Assembly (NCBI GenBank): GCA_014190035.1
Contig: BJFU01000002.1
Coordinates: forward strand, 3,190 to 67,189
Origin: Actinomycetes bacterium
GTDB taxonomy: Bacteria > Actinomycetota > Actinomycetes > S36-B12 > UBA5976
DNA length: 64,000 nucleotides
Direction: 5' to 3'
Under the pieces are notes generated by a model. The model did no database searches and was not told where the DNA came from. It saw only the letters and a program-made list of their open reading frames with translations. The first letter of the stretch is position 1, and every line of letters starts with the position of its first letter. The position numbers and the translations under genes are program-made. Of the stretch, positions 11,052-23,356 are shown one piece after another.

Positions 11052-12257
11052 TTAATCAATAACAGTTCTTCGAGGTCCAACACCCCATGCAATGTAATTC
11101 CACATCCAGTCAGCAATAACGCTGATTCGATTTCTTCCTCCAGCTAAATAGAAAACATGAAGTGCGAGCCAAGTAAGCCAAGCAAGTGTTCCATGAAGTC
11201 TTAATCCACCTGGCATCTCAACAACTGCTCTTCTTCGGCCAATTGTTGCCATTTGACCTTTGTCGGTGTATTTAAATTTTGTTAATTCCTTGTTGTTTTT
11301 TAGATTTAAAATTTGTTTAGCAACATGTCGTCCCATTTGTAATGCAACAGGAGCAATCATTGGCAAAGGATTGCCTTTAAATTGCAAATGAGCGCCATCA
11401 CCAATTACAAAAACACCTGATGTAGTTTGCAGATTGTCATTGATCATTAATCGATTTGATCTATCTGTTTCACCTAAAGATGTCCAAGTTGAATAAGCAG
11501 CAACTCCTGCAGCCCAAATAAAAGTTCCACCTATTAGCACTTCGCCACTTTTTAGGTGAACTTCTGTCTTATCCATTTGATCTACTGCTGCATTAGTTTT
11601 TACAGTTACGCCTATTTCTTCTAATTCTGATTGAGCATGTTTAGATGACTTCTCATGAAACATTGGTAAAACTCGAGGGCCTGCTTCAACTAAAGTTACA
11701 CTTGCTTGTTTGTAAAGTTTAGGAAATTCATATTTCATACTTTTTTGTAATTCTGCAACTGCTCCAGATACTTCAACACCAGTAGGACCTGCACCAATTA
11801 CAACTACTTTTAAAGCTTCAACTGGCTGGTGTCCTGCTTCAACTTCTTCATACATACCTAGTAATTGTTTCTTAATCTTTCTAGCTTCCAAAATTGATTT
11901 CATTTGCAATGCATTTTCTTGGACACCGCTGACGCCAAAAGTTGTTCCAGTGCTTCCAGTTGCTAAAACTAGTTGGTCATATTGAATTATGGCTTGATCT
12001 GCCAAAGTTATAGTTTTTGAATCAGTGCTTACTTTTGTTACTTCACCTCGACGAAAAAGTACACCAGGAATAGCCGCTCTTACTGGATAAGCAATGTCAT
12101 CTTCTGGTAAACCACCTGTTGCAACTTGGTATAGAAGAGGAGAAAAAAGTTGATAGGGGTGTCTATCAACAATTGTTACTTCAATATCTTTTTGTCCAGC
12201 CAGCTTTCGGGCTGTTGCTAGCCCACCAAAGCCTGCTCCCACAATGACAACTCTCAT
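11052..12257 (-). CDS. ndh: Type II NADH dehydrogenase (NDH-2)
   Basis: 401 aa. N-terminal VVIVGAGFGGL FAD fold, a second GAGPTGVE NAD fold and C-terminal membrane-anchor helices. Confidence 0.88.
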   Translation of the reverse strand: MRVVIVGAGFGGLATARKLAGQKDIEVTIVDRHPYQLFSPLLYQVATGGLPEDDIAYPVRAAIPGVLFRRGEVTKVSTDSKTITLADQAIIQYDQLVLATGSTGTTFGVSGVQENALQMKSILEARKIKKQLLGMYEEVEAGHQPVEALKVVVIGAGPTGVEVSGAVAELQKSMKYEFPKLYKQASVTLVEAGPRVLPMFHEKSSKHAQSELEEIGVTVKTNAAVDQMDKTEVHLKSGEVLIGGTFIWAAGVAAYSTWTSLGETDRSNRLMINDNLQTTSGVFVIGDGAHLQFKGNPLPMIAPVALQMGRHVAKQILNLKNNKELTKFKYTDKGQMATIGRRRAVVEMPGGLRLHGTLAWLTWLALHVFYLAGGRNRISVIADWMWNYIAWGVGPRRTVID

Positions 12258-12315
12258 AAGGCTAATTATGACGGCTAATTGAGTTAACTACCATTCAAAA
12301 TTGCCCTAATTTTTC

Positions 12316-12738
12316 TTAATTAAAAACATCTGTTGGAAGATCAAGCACTTCGTCCATCACACCTGATGGTTGAACTTTGTCATATTGAATTTCAATGTTG
12401 CTAAAAACTCTTTTTCCTGATTCTGAAGTGACTGGTTTAGTTAATTTGATTTCAACTGCAGAAATGACGTCTTTTCCTTCAGCACAACTTGGTTCACAGT
12501 CATTGGCTGTGGAAGTTCCAGCTCCAGTTGCCTCGGTGGGAGTCCAGCTGGACCAGGTGATTTCATTCAAAATTTGACCCGCATCGGCACAATAAAGGAC
12601 TAATTCGACCGGTTTTTCCTCGAAAGTCACGCAATTGACTACATATATATTTGTATTTCCACTGGTTTGAGCCACAGGAGCAGCCTGATTACAGCCCGAA
12701 ATCACGAGGGAAAGGGTCAGAAGGGACAGAAGTCTCAT
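12316..12738 (-). CDS. Cys-rich lipoprotein of unknown function
   Basis: Signal peptide with lipobox MRLLSLLTLSLVISG|C. The ATG at 12738 is preferred over the GTG at 12744. Confidence 0.7.
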   Translation of the reverse strand: MRLLSLLTLSLVISGCNQAAPVAQTSGNTNIYVVNCVTFEEKPVELVLYCADAGQILNEITWSSWTPTEATGAGTSTANDCEPSCAEGKDVISAVEIKLTKPVTSESGKRVFSNIEIQYDKVQPSGVMDEVLDLPTDVFN

Positions 12739-12919
12739 TAGCACAAAATGAGGCTAGCGCCTGGGAACCCGACCCCCGATGTCGGGCGTGCCGTGGCCAT
12801 TGCGTAAATTGGTATCTCGCGTCTCAAGTGAAAAAAGGGATTTTCCCTCACGCATTTGATCGTTAACTTTCAGCAAGATCGAAAGAAATTAAGTACAAAA
12901 GAGAAACTGGAGTAACTGC

Positions 12920-13294
12920 GTGCCTACGATTCAACAACTCGTACGCAAGGGTCGCCAAGAAAAATCGGCGAAGAGTAAAACACCAGCGCTTAAAGGTTCA
13001 CCTCAGCGCCGTGGTGTTTGCACACGCGTTTATACAACAACTCCAAAAAAACCAAACTCTGCTTTAAGAAAAGTTGCACGTGTTCGTTTATCTTCTGGTA
13101 TGGAAGTCACTGCATACATTCCAGGTGTTGGACATAACTTGCAAGAACATTCAATTGTTTTAGTTCGCGGTGGTCGTGTTAAAGATCTTCCAGGTGTTCG
13201 TTACAAAATTATTCGTGGTTCTCTTGATACACAAGGTGTAAAAGATCGTAAGCAAGCAAGAAGCCGTTATGGTGCAAAGAAAGAGAAAAGCTAA
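12920..13294 (+). CDS. rpsL: 30S ribosomal protein S12
   Basis: 124 aa, GTG start, conserved [12 protein letters not shown]-terminus. Confidence 0.98.
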   Translation: MPTIQQLVRKGRQEKSAKSKTPALKGSPQRRGVCTRVYTTTPKKPNSALRKVARVRLSSGMEVTAYIPGVGHNLQEHSIVLVRGGRVKDLPGVRYKIIRGSLDTQGVKDRKQARSRYGAKKEKS

Positions 13295-13764
13295 TGCCAC
13301 GTAAAGGTCCAGCACTTAAGCGCCCGCTAATTTCAGATCCAGTTTATTCTTCACCTTTAATTACCCAATTAGTAAATAAGATTTTATCTCGCGGTAAGAA
13401 ATCAACTGCAGAATCAATTGTTTACGGTGCACTAAATGGTGCAAAAGATAAAAGTGGAACAGATCCAATTATTACTTTGAAAAAAGCTTTAGAAAATATT
13501 AAACCAACTGTTGAAGTTAAATCACGACGTGTTGGTGGTGCAACTTATCAAGTTCCAGTTGAAGTAAAGCCTGCGAGAGCAACTGCGTTAGCTCTTCGTT
13601 GGTTAGTTGATTTTTCAAGAGTTCGCAGAGAAAAATCAATGACTGAAAGATTGATGAATGAAATTTTAGATGCATCAAATGGTTTAGGTGCATCTGTTAA
13701 GAAACGCGAAGACACCCACAAGATGGCTGAAGCAAATAAAGCATTTGCTCACTATCGCTGGTAA
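13294..13764 (+). CDS. rpsG: 30S ribosomal protein S7
   Basis: 156 aa. TAATG overlap with the rpsL stop. Confidence 0.98.
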   Translation: MPRKGPALKRPLISDPVYSSPLITQLVNKILSRGKKSTAESIVYGALNGAKDKSGTDPIITLKKALENIKPTVEVKSRRVGGATYQVPVEVKPARATALALRWLVDFSRVRREKSMTERLMNEILDASNGLGASVKKREDTHKMAEANKAFAHYRW

Positions 13765-13786
13765 TTAGGAAAAGGAAAAGAAAACA

Positions 13787-15886
13787 GTGGCAACAGGTAC
13801 GCAGCTCGATTTAGCTACGGTGCGAAATATCGGCATCATGGCTCATATCGACGCGGGTAAAACTACAACTACTGAACGAATTCTTTTCTACACAGGCGTT
13901 AACTACAAAATTGGTGAAGTTCATGATGGTGCAGCAACTATGGATTGGATGCCACAAGAACAAGAACGCGGTATCACTATTACATCTGCTGCAACAACTT
14001 GTACCTGGGATGACCATTTAATTAACATCATTGATACACCAGGCCACGTAGATTTCACAGTCGAAGTTGAACGTTCTCTTCGAGTACTAGACGGTGCAGT
14101 TGCAGTGTTTGACGGAGTTGCTGGTGTTGAACCACAATCAGAAACCGTTTGGCGCCAAGCAGATCGTTACAAAGTTCCTCGTATTGCATTCATTAACAAA
14201 CTTGATAGAACCGGTGCAGTTTATACCCGCACTTACGACATGTTGATTGAAAGATTGCACGCACCAGTTGTGTTATTACAACTTCCAATTGGAACTGAAG
14301 GCGAATTCGCAGGAATCGTAGATTTGATTGACATGAAAGCTTATGTTTGGGATCTTGAGGCAAACAAGGGTGACGAATTTGAAACTTTAGAAATTCCAGC
14401 AAATATGTTAGATGAAGCAAAAGCAAAACGTGCTGAAATGATTGAAAAACTTGCAGACATTGACGATTCAATTATGGAATTGTTCATGGAAGAAAAAGAA
14501 CCATCCAGAGAACAAATCATTGCTGCAATTCGTAAAGGCACAGTTAACTTCTCAGTTGTTCCAGTAATCATGGGTTCTGCATTTAAAAACAAAGGTGTAC
14601 AACAAATGTTGGACGCAGTTGTGAGATATCTACCAAGTCCATTAGAAGTTGGTGCAATTAAAGGTTTCAAACAAGGAGATCCTTCAGTTGAAATTGATAG
14701 AGCTCCTTCTGAGGACGAACCATTCTCAGCTCTTGCATTCAAGATTATGAGTGATCCTCATCTTGGAAAATTGACTTACATTCGAATTTATTCTGGAAAA
14801 TTAGAACCAGGAACATCAGTCTTAAATGCTACAAAAGATAGAAGAGAAAGAATTGGCAAGATTTATCAAATGCACGCCAATAAGCGTGAAGAAAGAGAAT
14901 CAGCAACTGCAGGTTTAATCGTGGCAGTTATGGGATTAAAAGACACCACAACAGGTGACACACTTTGTGATCAAGATAAACCAGTTGTTCTTGAATCAAT
15001 GGACTTTCCAGATCCAGTTATTCACGTAGCAATTGAACCAAAAACTAAGAACGATCAAGACAAACTTGCTACTGCAATTCAAAGACTTGCTGAAGAAGAC
15101 CCAACATTCCATGTTCGTGGAGATGAAGAAACCGGTCAAACAATTATCGGTGGAATGGGTGAGCTTCATCTAGAAGTTCTAGTAGATCGCATGAAACGTG
15201 AATTTAAAGTTGAAGCAAACGTTGGTAAACCACAAGTTGCATATCGCGAAACCATCACTAAAAAAGTTGAAAAAGTTGATTACACCCACAAGAAACAATC
15301 TGGTGGTGCTGGACAATTTGCTCGCGTAATTGTTGATATCGAACCAAACACCACTGAAGGTGGCGGTTATGAATTCGTTAACAAAGTTTCTGGTGGAAGA
15401 ATTCCTAGAGAGTACATTCCTTCAGTTGACGATGGTGCTCAAGAAGCAATGGTTAACGGAGTATTAGCCGGTTACCAAATGGTTGATATCAAAGTTACTT
15501 TGCAAGACGGCGCATACCACGATGTTGACTCTTCAGAATTAGCTTTCAAAATTGCTGGATCAATGGCATTTAAAGAAGCCGCTCGAAAAGCAAATCCTGT
15601 TTTGTTAGAACCAATGATGGATGTTGAAGTAGTAACACCTGAAGATTTCATGGGTGATGTAATTGGAGATTTGAATTCACGTCGTGGCCAAATTCAAGCT
15701 ATGGATGAAAGAGCCGGTGCTCGCGTTGTTAAAGCTCTTGTTCCATTAAGCGAAATGTTTGGTTATGTAGGTGACTTGCGTTCCAAAACACAAGGACGTG
15801 CAAGTTACTCAATGCAATTTCATTCTTACGCGCAAGTACCAGCTGCAGTTTCGCAAGAAATTGTTGCGAAGGTTCGCGGCGAGTAA
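13787..15886 (+). CDS. fusA: Elongation factor G
   Basis: 699 aa, GTG start, G-domain [14 protein letters not shown] and NKLD. Confidence 0.98.
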   Translation: MATGTQLDLATVRNIGIMAHIDAGKTTTTERILFYTGVNYKIGEVHDGAATMDWMPQEQERGITITSAATTCTWDDHLINIIDTPGHVDFTVEVERSLRVLDGAVAVFDGVAGVEPQSETVWRQADRYKVPRIAFINKLDRTGAVYTRTYDMLIERLHAPVVLLQLPIGTEGEFAGIVDLIDMKAYVWDLEANKGDEFETLEIPANMLDEAKAKRAEMIEKLADIDDSIMELFMEEKEPSREQIIAAIRKGTVNFSVVPVIMGSAFKNKGVQQMLDAVVRYLPSPLEVGAIKGFKQGDPSVEIDRAPSEDEPFSALAFKIMSDPHLGKLTYIRIYSGKLEPGTSVLNATKDRRERIGKIYQMHANKREERESATAGLIVAVMGLKDTTTGDTLCDQDKPVVLESMDFPDPVIHVAIEPKTKNDQDKLATAIQRLAEEDPTFHVRGDEETGQTIIGGMGELHLEVLVDRMKREFKVEANVGKPQVAYRETITKKVEKVDYTHKKQSGGAGQFARVIVDIEPNTTEGGGYEFVNKVSGGRIPREYIPSVDDGAQEAMVNGVLAGYQMVDIKVTLQDGAYHDVDSSELAFKIAGSMAFKEAARKANPVLLEPMMDVEVVTPEDFMGDVIGDLNSRRGQIQAMDERAGARVVKALVPLSEMFGYVGDLRSKTQGRASYSMQFHSYAQVPAAVSQEIVAKVRGE

Positions 15887-15902
15887 GAAAGAAAGAACCG
15901 TG

Positions 15903-15923
15903 CAATTAGCAAACTGCTAATTG
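15903..15923 (+). other. Perfect 8-bp hairpin in the fusA-tuf spacer
   Basis: CAATTAGC-AAACT-GCTAATTG with no adjacent U-tract. Possibly a processing or stability element. Confidence 0.35.
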
Positions 15924-15959
15924 TCGGAATAAAAAAACGCAGGTCAAAGGAGAAGCAAA

Positions 15960-17150
15960 GTGGCAAAGGCCAAATTCGAGCGTACAAAACCGCACGTAAA
16001 TATCGGCACCATCGGCCACATCGACCACGGCAAAACCACATTGACCGCGGCGATTACCAAGGTGCTACACGACAAATATCCGGATGTAAATCCATTTACT
16101 CCGTTCGACCAAATTGACAAAGCTCCTGAAGAGCGTCAACGCGGTATCACCATTTCGATTGCACACGTCGAATACCAAACTGAAGCACGTCATTATGCAC
16201 ACGTTGACTGCCCAGGCCACGCTGACTACATCAAGAACATGATTACTGGTGCAGCACAGATGGACGGCGCAATTCTTGTTGTTGCTGGAACTGACGGACC
16301 AATGCCACAAACAAAAGAACACGTTTTGTTGGCACGTCAAGTTGGTGTTCCTGCAATCGTTGTTGCATTGAACAAGTGCGATACAGCAGATCCAGATTTG
16401 TTAGAACTTGTTGAAGAAGAAATTAGAGAACTTCTAACCAAGTACGAATTCCCTGGAAAAGATACTCCAATTGTTCGCATCTCAGCTTTGAAAGCTCTTG
16501 AAGGCGATGCTAAATGGGCAGAATCAATCATGGAATTAATGACAGCTGTTGACACATTTATTCCAACTCCAGTACGTGAAATCGAGAAGCCATTCTTGAT
16601 GCCAGTTGAAGACGTTTTCACGATCACAGGTCGTGGAACAGTTATCACAGGTCGTATTGAAAGAGGACAAGTAAAGGTTAACGAGGAAGTTGAAATCGTG
16701 GGAATCCGCGAAACTTCACAAAAGACAATCGTTACCGGTATCGAAATGTTCCGCAAACTTCTTGACGAAGGTCAAGCCGGCGAAAACGTTGGTTTGTTAC
16801 TTCGTGGAACAAAGCGTGAAGATGTTGAACGCGGTATGTGCGTTGTTAAACCAGGAACTTCAACACCACACACCAACTTCGAAGCTCAAGTTTATATTTT
16901 GAGCAAAGACGAAGGTGGACGTCACACTCCATTCTTCAATAACTACCGTCCACAGTTCTACTTCCGTACAACTGACGTGACTGGAGTTTGCGAATTACCA
17001 AACGGTGTCGAAATGGTTATGCCAGGAGACAACACTGAAATGAAGGTCGAGTTAATTCAACCGATCGCCATGGAAGACGGTCTTCGCTTCGCAATTCGCG
17101 AAGGTGGACGCACTGTTGGAGCAGGTCGAGTAATCAAGATTGTTAAGTAA
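15960..17150 (+). CDS. tuf: Elongation factor Tu
   Basis: 396 aa, GTG start, [14 protein letters not shown] and NKCD motifs. Confidence 0.98.
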   Translation: MAKAKFERTKPHVNIGTIGHIDHGKTTLTAAITKVLHDKYPDVNPFTPFDQIDKAPEERQRGITISIAHVEYQTEARHYAHVDCPGHADYIKNMITGAAQMDGAILVVAGTDGPMPQTKEHVLLARQVGVPAIVVALNKCDTADPDLLELVEEEIRELLTKYEFPGKDTPIVRISALKALEGDAKWAESIMELMTAVDTFIPTPVREIEKPFLMPVEDVFTITGRGTVITGRIERGQVKVNEEVEIVGIRETSQKTIVTGIEMFRKLLDEGQAGENVGLLLRGTKREDVERGMCVVKPGTSTPHTNFEAQVYILSKDEGGRHTPFFNNYRPQFYFRTTDVTGVCELPNGVEMVMPGDNTEMKVELIQPIAMEDGLRFAIREGGRTVGAGRVIKIVK

Positions 17151-17169
17151 TTAACGATCACATTTGACT

Positions 17170-17204
17170 TTCAAGCGGGATGGGCAAAACCTGTTCCGCT
17201 TGAA
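17170..17204 (+). terminator. Weak or leaky terminator hairpin after tuf
   Basis: TTCAAGCGG...CCGCTTGAA 9-bp stem with no clear U-tract, 46 nt before rpsJ. Confidence 0.4.
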
Positions 17205-17250
17205 ACCAAAAGCAAGAAACCGAAACTAAAAGGAAGCAAAGGCGAAACCG

Positions 17251-17559
17251 ATGGCCGGACAAAAGATCCGTATCAGGCTAAAGGCCTACGACCATGAGGT
17301 CATTGACTCTTCTGCAAAGAAGATTGTCGAAACTGTGACCAAAACTGGTGCGAAGGTTGCTGGTCCGGTGCCACTTCCAACTGAGAAAAATGTTTACGTA
17401 GTAATACGTTCACCATTTAAATACAAAGATTCCCGTGAGCATTTTGAAATGCGCACACACAAAAGACTTATCGACATTTTGGATCCAACTCCAAAAACTG
17501 TTGATTCACTAATGCGTCTGGACCTTCCAGCCGGTGTTGATATTGAAATCAAGTTATAG
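17251..17559 (+). CDS. rpsJ: 30S ribosomal protein S10
   Basis: 102 aa, conserved sequence, first gene of the S10 cluster. Confidence 0.98.
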   Translation: MAGQKIRIRLKAYDHEVIDSSAKKIVETVTKTGAKVAGPVPLPTEKNVYVVIRSPFKYKDSREHFEMRTHKRLIDILDPTPKTVDSLMRLDLPAGVDIEIKL

Positions 17560-17576
17560 AAGGTAGGTGACTAACA

Positions 17577-18239
17577 ATGGACAGAAACGTTAAAGGTTTG
17601 CTTGGTGAAAAACTAGGCATGACTCAAGTTTGGGATGAATCAAACAGAGTTGTACCAGTAACAGTTATTAAAGCTGGTCCAAATGTTGTCACTACTGTTA
17701 GAACTCCTGAAAAAGATGGTTACTCAGCAGTGCAATTAGCTTTTGGTCAAATTGATCCTAGAAAAGTTAACAAACCTGAACAAGGTCATTTTGCAAAAGC
17801 TGGAGTTACTCCTCGTCGCCACCTTGTGGAATTAAGAACACTAGATGCAAACAACTACACGGTTGGTCAAGAATTAAATGCTGATGTATTTACTGCAGGA
17901 GATGCAGTAGATGTAACAGGAACTTCACGTGGACATGGTTTTGCTGGTGTTATGAAAAGACACGGCTTCCATGGACTGCGCGCTTCCCATGGTGTGGAAA
18001 GAAAACACAGATCTCCAGGTTCAATTGGTGCATGTGCCACCCCTGGTCGAGTTTTCAAAGGTATCAAAATGGCTGGACGTATGGGTTCAGATCGCATCAC
18101 CACAATCAATTTGACTGTGGCAAAAGTTGATGCCGAAAACGGTTTACTACTAATTAAAGGTGCAGTACCAGGACCAATTGGTTCACTAATCCTTGTTAGA
18201 TCTGCTGCCAAGAATCAAGTTAAGGCAGGTAAAAAATAA
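17577..18239 (+). CDS. rplC: 50S ribosomal protein L3
   Basis: 220 aa, conserved sequence and order. Confidence 0.97.
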   Translation: MDRNVKGLLGEKLGMTQVWDESNRVVPVTVIKAGPNVVTTVRTPEKDGYSAVQLAFGQIDPRKVNKPEQGHFAKAGVTPRRHLVELRTLDANNYTVGQELNADVFTAGDAVDVTGTSRGHGFAGVMKRHGFHGLRASHGVERKHRSPGSIGACATPGRVFKGIKMAGRMGSDRITTINLTVAKVDAENGLLLIKGAVPGPIGSLILVRSAAKNQVKAGKK

Positions 18240-18919
18240 TGTCTTCTGTACAAATCACAACACCACAAGGTAGTGCTTCAGGTTCAGTTGAATTGCCTGC
18301 AGAAATTTTTGATTGCCAAGTAAATGTTCCCTTGATGCATCAAGTTGTGACTGCACAATTAGCTGCTGCTCGCCAAGGATCACAAAAAACTAAATCACAC
18401 AGTGAAGTTTCTGGTGGCGGTAAAAAACCTTACAAACAAAAAGGAACAGGAAACGCACGTCAAGGTTCTATTCGTTCCCCACAATGGACTGGCGGTGGAC
18501 ACGTTCACTCCATCGTTCCTCGCGAATACTCAGAAAGAACACCTAAGAAAATGAAAGCCGCAGCACTTCGCTCAGCATTAAGTGACAGAGCTCGCGAAAA
18601 TCATGTTCACATTTTGAGTGCAATTGTGGAAGGCGAAAAGCCATCCACCAAGCAAGGTGTACAAGCTGTAAGAAACGTTGCTAAGGGCAAAAAAGTATTA
18701 GTAGTTGTTTCTTTAAATGAATTAATTGGTTGGTTTTCTTTGAGAAACGTAAACGAAATGCATGTTGTTTCTCCAGGACAATTAAATACCTATGACGTTT
18801 TAGTAGCTGATGATGTTGTTTTCACAAAGACCGCTTTGGATGAATTCTTGAGTGGTCCACGCACAGGTAAATCTGCCAGTGCTGTTGGTCGCGCAACTGA
18901 TGCAGAGGTTGGTGCATAA
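18239..18919 (+). CDS. rplD: 50S ribosomal protein L4
   Basis: 226 aa, TAATG overlap with rplC. Confidence 0.97.
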   Translation: MSSVQITTPQGSASGSVELPAEIFDCQVNVPLMHQVVTAQLAAARQGSQKTKSHSEVSGGGKKPYKQKGTGNARQGSIRSPQWTGGGHVHSIVPREYSERTPKKMKAAALRSALSDRARENHVHILSAIVEGEKPSTKQGVQAVRNVAKGKKVLVVVSLNELIGWFSLRNVNEMHVVSPGQLNTYDVLVADDVVFTKTALDEFLSGPRTGKSASAVGRATDAEVGA

Positions 18920-19219
18920 ATGGATAAAAACTTGTTAAGAGAAGTATTAATAGCACCAGTTGTTTCTGAAAAGAGTTACTCACTTTTGGATGAAAACAAA
19001 TACACATTTGTGGTTAAGAAAGACGCAAATAAAACCCAAATCAGACAAGCTGTTGAAGAATTATTCAACGTAAAAGTTTTGAGTGTTAACACACTTAATA
19101 GAAAAGGTAAAACTTACCGCACTCGTTTTGGTGAAGGATCTAGATCAGACACCAAAAGAGCAATCGTATCCCTTGCGCAAGGCGATCGAATTGACATCTT
19201 CAATGCGCCAAGTGCTTAA
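18920..19219 (+). CDS. rplW: 50S ribosomal protein L23
   Basis: 99 aa, conserved sequence and order. Confidence 0.97.
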   Translation: MDKNLLREVLIAPVVSEKSYSLLDENKYTFVVKKDANKTQIRQAVEELFNVKVLSVNTLNRKGKTYRTRFGEGSRSDTKRAIVSLAQGDRIDIFNAPSA

Positions 19220-19237
19220 GGGGAGTTGAGATAACTA

Positions 19238-20083
19238 ATGGGTATTAGAAAATTAAAACCAACCACACCATCTAACCGTGGTGCATCAGTTGCTGACTTC
19301 TCTGAAACTACTCGTTCTACTCCTGAGAAATCATTAATCCGACCAATTCATTCTAAAGGTGGACGAAACAACCAAGGAAGAATTACTACTCGTCATCAAG
19401 GTGGCGGACACAAACGTGCTTATCGTTTGATTGATTTCAAACGTTTAGACAAAGATGGCGTTCCAGCAACTGTTGCTCATATCGAATATGACCCAAACAG
19501 AACTTCACGTATTGCATTGCTTCACTTTGCAGATGGTGAAAAGCGTTACATTTTGGCACCAAACAAATTGAAACAAAATGATCCAGTTGAAACTGGTCCA
19601 AGTGCAGACATCAAACCAGGAAATAATTTGCCTTTAAGAAATATTCCAGTAGGTACCGTTATTCACGCAGTTGAATTAAAACCAGGTGGCGGAGCAAAAA
19701 TGGCTCGTTCAGCTGGTGCAAGTATTCAACTTGTTGCCAAAGAAGGTCAACTTGCACAACTAAGACTTCCATCAGGTGAAATTAGAAGCGTTGATGTTAG
19801 ATGCCGTGCCACAGTTGGCGAAGTTGGTAACGCTGAACAATCAAATATCAACTGGGGTAAAGCCGGACGTATGCGTTGGAAAGGTGTTCGTCCAACAGTT
19901 CGTGGTGTTGTTATGAACCCAGTAGATCATCCTCATGGTGGTGGAGAAGGTAAAACTTCCGGTGGTCGCCATCCTGTTAACCCTTCAGGTAAACCAGAAG
20001 GTAGAACTCGCAGACCTAAGAAAGCTTCACAACAATTTATTGTTCGTCGTCGTCCAGCTAACAAAGCTAGAGGTGGGAAATAA
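19238..20083 (+). CDS. rplB: 50S ribosomal protein L2
   Basis: 281 aa, conserved [13 protein letters not shown] motif. Confidence 0.98.
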   Translation: MGIRKLKPTTPSNRGASVADFSETTRSTPEKSLIRPIHSKGGRNNQGRITTRHQGGGHKRAYRLIDFKRLDKDGVPATVAHIEYDPNRTSRIALLHFADGEKRYILAPNKLKQNDPVETGPSADIKPGNNLPLRNIPVGTVIHAVELKPGGGAKMARSAGASIQLVAKEGQLAQLRLPSGEIRSVDVRCRATVGEVGNAEQSNINWGKAGRMRWKGVRPTVRGVVMNPVDHPHGGGEGKTSGGRHPVNPSGKPEGRTRRPKKASQQFIVRRRPANKARGGK

Positions 20084-20085
20084 CC

Positions 20086-20373
20086 GTGGGTAGAAGTTTA
20101 AAGAAGGGTCCATTTGTTGACACTCACTTATTAAAAAAAGTGAATGATCAAAATGAAAAGAAAACAAAAAATGTTATCAAGACTTGGTCTCGTCGTTCCA
20201 TGATCATTCCTGACATGTTGGGACACACCATTGCAGTTCATGATGGCAAAAAACACATTCCAGTTTTTGTGACAGAACAAATGGTAGGTCACAAACTTGG
20301 TGAATTTGCACCAACAAGAACTTTCCGTGGACACATTAAGGGTGACGATAAAAAAGTCACTAAGGGCGAATAA
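20086..20373 (+). CDS. rpsS: 30S ribosomal protein S19
   Basis: 95 aa, GTG start, conserved sequence. Confidence 0.97.
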   Translation: MGRSLKKGPFVDTHLLKKVNDQNEKKTKNVIKTWSRRSMIIPDMLGHTIAVHDGKKHIPVFVTEQMVGHKLGEFAPTRTFRGHIKGDDKKVTKGE

Positions 20374-20379
20374 AGGATT

Positions 20380-20907
20380 ATGACAATGGAATCAAGAGCA
20401 TCAGCACGATTTGTTCGTGTGACACCGATGAAAGCTCGTCGCGTAGTTAATTTAATTCGCGGTCTTTCAGCACGTGAAGCACAAGCCGTGTTGCGTTTTG
20501 CTGATCAAGCAGCATCAGAACCAGTTGGCAAAGTTTTGAAATCTGCCATGGCTAATGCGCAAAATAATCAAAATGTCGACCCAACAACTCTTTATGTGGC
20601 AGAAGCTTTCGTTGACGAAGGCCCAACCATGAAACGAATTCGTCCCCGTGCCCAAGGACGTGCGTATGCAATTCTGAAGAGAACTTCTCACATCACTTTA
20701 ATTTTGGAACCACAAGGATCAGCTCCTAGAAGAAAACCAGGACGCAGATCAAATAAGCCAAAGGCTAAAGAAGTTATTACCAAAACTGTTAAAACAGAAA
20801 CTGCTGCAACAACATCTGCTCCAGTTGCTAAGAAAGCTGCACCAGCGAAAAAAGCTGCTGCTAAAAAGACTGCTGCGAAGAAGACTACAAAGGGAGGCAC
20901 TAAGTAA
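20380..20907 (+). CDS. rplV: 50S ribosomal protein L22 with Lys/Ala-rich C-terminal tail
   Basis: 175 aa. L22 core followed by a tail of about 55 aa ([25 protein letters not shown]). The start could be the second ATG at 20386. Confidence 0.95.
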   Translation: MTMESRASARFVRVTPMKARRVVNLIRGLSAREAQAVLRFADQAASEPVGKVLKSAMANAQNNQNVDPTTLYVAEAFVDEGPTMKRIRPRAQGRAYAILKRTSHITLILEPQGSAPRRKPGRRSNKPKAKEVITKTVKTETAATTSAPVAKKAAPAKKAAAKKTAAKKTTKGGTK

Positions 20908-21689
20908 TGGGACAAAAAGTTAACCCACATGGCTTCCGTTTGGGATACACCTCTGATTACACCAGTAAATGGTTTGCTGACTCAACCAAAAAAGGTGAGC
21001 GTTACCAAGATTACATAAAAGAAGATATTTTAATTCGTAAAATGTTAACTGCTGGTATGGAACGTGCTGGAATTTCACATGTTGACATTGAAAGAACTCG
21101 TGAAAGAGTTCGTATTGACATTCACACTGCCCGCCCAGGAATTGTTATTGGTCGTCGTGGTCAAGAAGCAGACAGAATTCGTATTGATCTAGAAAAATTA
21201 ACTGGTAAACAAGTTCAGTTAAACATTTTGGAAGTTAAAAATCCAGAAGTTAATGCCCAATTGGTTGCCCAAGGTGTGGCAGAACAATTAGCAAGCCGTG
21301 TTTCATTCCGTCGTGCGATGAGAAAAGGTATGCAATCAGCACTTAAAGGTGGAGCTAAAGGAATTAGAGTTCAAGTTTCAGGTCGTTTAGGTGGTGCTGA
21401 AATGAGTCGCTCCGAGTTTTATCGTGAAGGACGCGTTCCATTGCACACACTAAGAGCAAACATTGAATACGGATTCCACGAAGCTTTAACTACATTTGGT
21501 CTTATTGGTTGCAAAGTTTGGATCTTCAAGGGTGATGCACCAGTTACAAAAGCTGAAAAAGAAGCTCGTCAACAACAAGAACGCTTACAAGCCCAAGCAG
21601 CACAAGTTGCCAAGCAAACAAAAGCTCCTAGAAAACCTAAAAAAGAAACAGCTGAAAAAGCTGTCGCAACTGAAGGAGCAGCAGAATAA
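20907..21689 (+). CDS. rpsC: 30S ribosomal protein S3 with charged C-terminal extension
   Basis: 260 aa. KH and S3-C domains, TAATG overlap with rplV. Confidence 0.97.
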   Translation: MGQKVNPHGFRLGYTSDYTSKWFADSTKKGERYQDYIKEDILIRKMLTAGMERAGISHVDIERTRERVRIDIHTARPGIVIGRRGQEADRIRIDLEKLTGKQVQLNILEVKNPEVNAQLVAQGVAEQLASRVSFRRAMRKGMQSALKGGAKGIRVQVSGRLGGAEMSRSEFYREGRVPLHTLRANIEYGFHEALTTFGLIGCKVWIFKGDAPVTKAEKEARQQQERLQAQAAQVAKQTKAPRKPKKETAEKAVATEGAAE

Positions 21690-21691
21690 TT

Positions 21692-22111
21692 ATGTTGATT
21701 CCTAAAAGAGTTGCACACAGAAAACAACACCATCCAAGAAGAACTGGTAAGGCAAAGGGTGGCACAAAAGTTGAATTCGGCGATTACGGTTTACAAGCTT
21801 TGACTTCTGCTTATGTCACAAACAGACAAATTGAAGCAGCACGAATTGCCATGACTAGACACTTAAAGCGTGGTGGAAAAGTTTGGATCAATATTTATCC
21901 AGATCGTCCATTAACCAAAAAACCTGCAGAAACACGCATGGGTTCTGGTAAAGGTTCTCCTGAATGGTGGGTAGCCAACATCAAACCAGGTCGCGTGATG
22001 TTTGAAGTTACTTTTCCTGATGACAAAGTTGCACGCCAAGCTTTGGAAAGAGCAATGCACAAATTACCTATGAAATGTCGAATTATTACTCGTGATTTGG
22101 TGGAGGGATAA
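21692..22111 (+). CDS. rplP: 50S ribosomal protein L16
   Basis: 139 aa, conserved sequence and order. Confidence 0.97.
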   Translation: MLIPKRVAHRKQHHPRRTGKAKGGTKVEFGDYGLQALTSAYVTNRQIEAARIAMTRHLKRGGKVWINIYPDRPLTKKPAETRMGSGKGSPEWWVANIKPGRVMFEVTFPDDKVARQALERAMHKLPMKCRIITRDLVEG

Positions 22112-22345
22112 ATGGCTAAAGCAGCTAAAACACAAGAATTTCGTGGTCAAACCAATGAAGACTTGGCAAAGAAATTGAAAGATGCCAAAGAAGAATTGTT
22201 TAACCTACGTTTCCAATCAGCAACCGGTCAATTAGAAAACCATGGTCGTTTGCGCACAGTTAAAACTGAAATTGCTCGCATCTACACAATCATGCGTGAA
22301 CGCGAACTGGGAATTACTCCGGTTGATACAGAAGGTGCTGCATGA
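22112..22345 (+). CDS. rpmC: 50S ribosomal protein L29
   Basis: 77 aa, conserved sequence and order. Confidence 0.95.
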   Translation: MAKAAKTQEFRGQTNEDLAKKLKDAKEELFNLRFQSATGQLENHGRLRTVKTEIARIYTIMRERELGITPVDTEGAA

Positions 22346-22608
22346 GTAACTCTGTAGATAGAAACGATCGTAAAACACGTGAAGGAATTGTGGTTTCAAA
22401 CAAAATGGATAAAACCATTGTTGTGAAATTAGAAGAACAATACACACATTCTCTTTATGGAAAAGTTGTTAACCGTTCTGTGAAATTTAAAGCACATGAC
22501 GAAAAGAACGAAGCAGGAATTGGAGATCGTGTGTTGTTAATGGAAACAAGACCACTTTCTGCAACCAAACGTTGGCGCATGGTCAGCATCATAGAAAAAG
22601 CTAAGTAA
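22342..22608 (+). CDS. rpsQ: 30S ribosomal protein S17
   Basis: 88 aa, ATGA overlap with rpmC. Confidence 0.95.
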   Translation: MSNSVDRNDRKTREGIVVSNKMDKTIVVKLEEQYTHSLYGKVVNRSVKFKAHDEKNEAGIGDRVLLMETRPLSATKRWRMVSIIEKAK

Positions 22609-22624
22609 AGGGCAGGCGAAAAAA

Positions 22625-22993
22625 ATGATTCAATCAGAGTCACGACTTCGAGTCGCTGACAACACAGGAGCCAAAGAGCTGTTGTGTATTCGCGTGCTGG
22701 GCGGTTCTCATCGACGTTACGCAAGTATTGGCGATGTCATCGTTTGCTCAGTTAAAGATGCCATTCCAGGTGGCGCTGTTAAAAAAGGTGAAGTTGTCAA
22801 AGCTGTTGTGGTGCGAATTGTTAAACAAGTTCGTAGACCAGATGGTTCATACATTCGCTTTGATGAAAACGCAGCCGTTATCTTGAAAGAAGATGGCGAA
22901 CCACGTGGAACTCGTATTTTTGGTCCAGTTGGTCGCGAGTTGCGCGATAAAAAATTTATGAAGATTATTTCTTTAGCACCGGAGGTGTTGTAA
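22625..22993 (+). CDS. rplN: 50S ribosomal protein L14
   Basis: 122 aa, [18 protein letters not shown]-terminus. Confidence 0.98.
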   Translation: MIQSESRLRVADNTGAKELLCIRVLGGSHRRYASIGDVIVCSVKDAIPGGAVKKGEVVKAVVVRIVKQVRRPDGSYIRFDENAAVILKEDGEPRGTRIFGPVGRELRDKKFMKIISLAPEVL

Positions 22994-23356
22994 ATGGCTT
23001 CCATGCACATTAAAAAAGGCGATTTAGTTCAAGTAATTAGTGGTAAAGATCGTGGTACAACTGGTCGAGTATTAAAAGTTGATCCAACTCAAGGTCTTGT
23101 CACTGTTGAAGGCGTAAATAGAGTAAAGAAACACACTAAAGCTGCCCAATCAGAACGTGGTGCTGCTGTGGGTGGAATTTTAACTATTGAAGCCCCACTT
23201 GATGCCAGCAACTTAATGGTGGTTGATCCAAGTGATAACAAACCAACCAGAGTAAGACGCCGTAGAGACAAAATTGAAAAGAAGCGTGCTGATGGCACAA
23301 CTTACGTTTCATCTCGACTTGTTCGCGTTTCGGCTCGTACCGGAAAGGAAATCTAA
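22994..23356 (+). CDS. rplX: 50S ribosomal protein L24
   Basis: 120 aa with the KOW motif KKGDLVQVISGKDRG. The start may be the ATG at 23003. Confidence 0.95.
   Translation: MASMHIKKGDLVQVISGKDRGTTGRVLKVDPTQGLVTVEGVNRVKKHTKAAQSERGAAVGGILTIEAPLDASNLMVVDPSDNKPTRVRRRRDKIEKKRADGTTYVSSRLVRVSARTGKEI

Noticed and set aside
14341-14742. 133-aa ORF antisense to fusA, and similar antisense or off-frame ORFs inside tuf (16337-16756), rplC (17867-18211), rplR/rpsE (25055-25441, 25601-25939), rpoB and rpoC
   Set aside because: They lie entirely within highly conserved genes on the other strand or frame. They have no RBS, low-complexity translations and no recognisable motifs. They are typical shadow ORFs.
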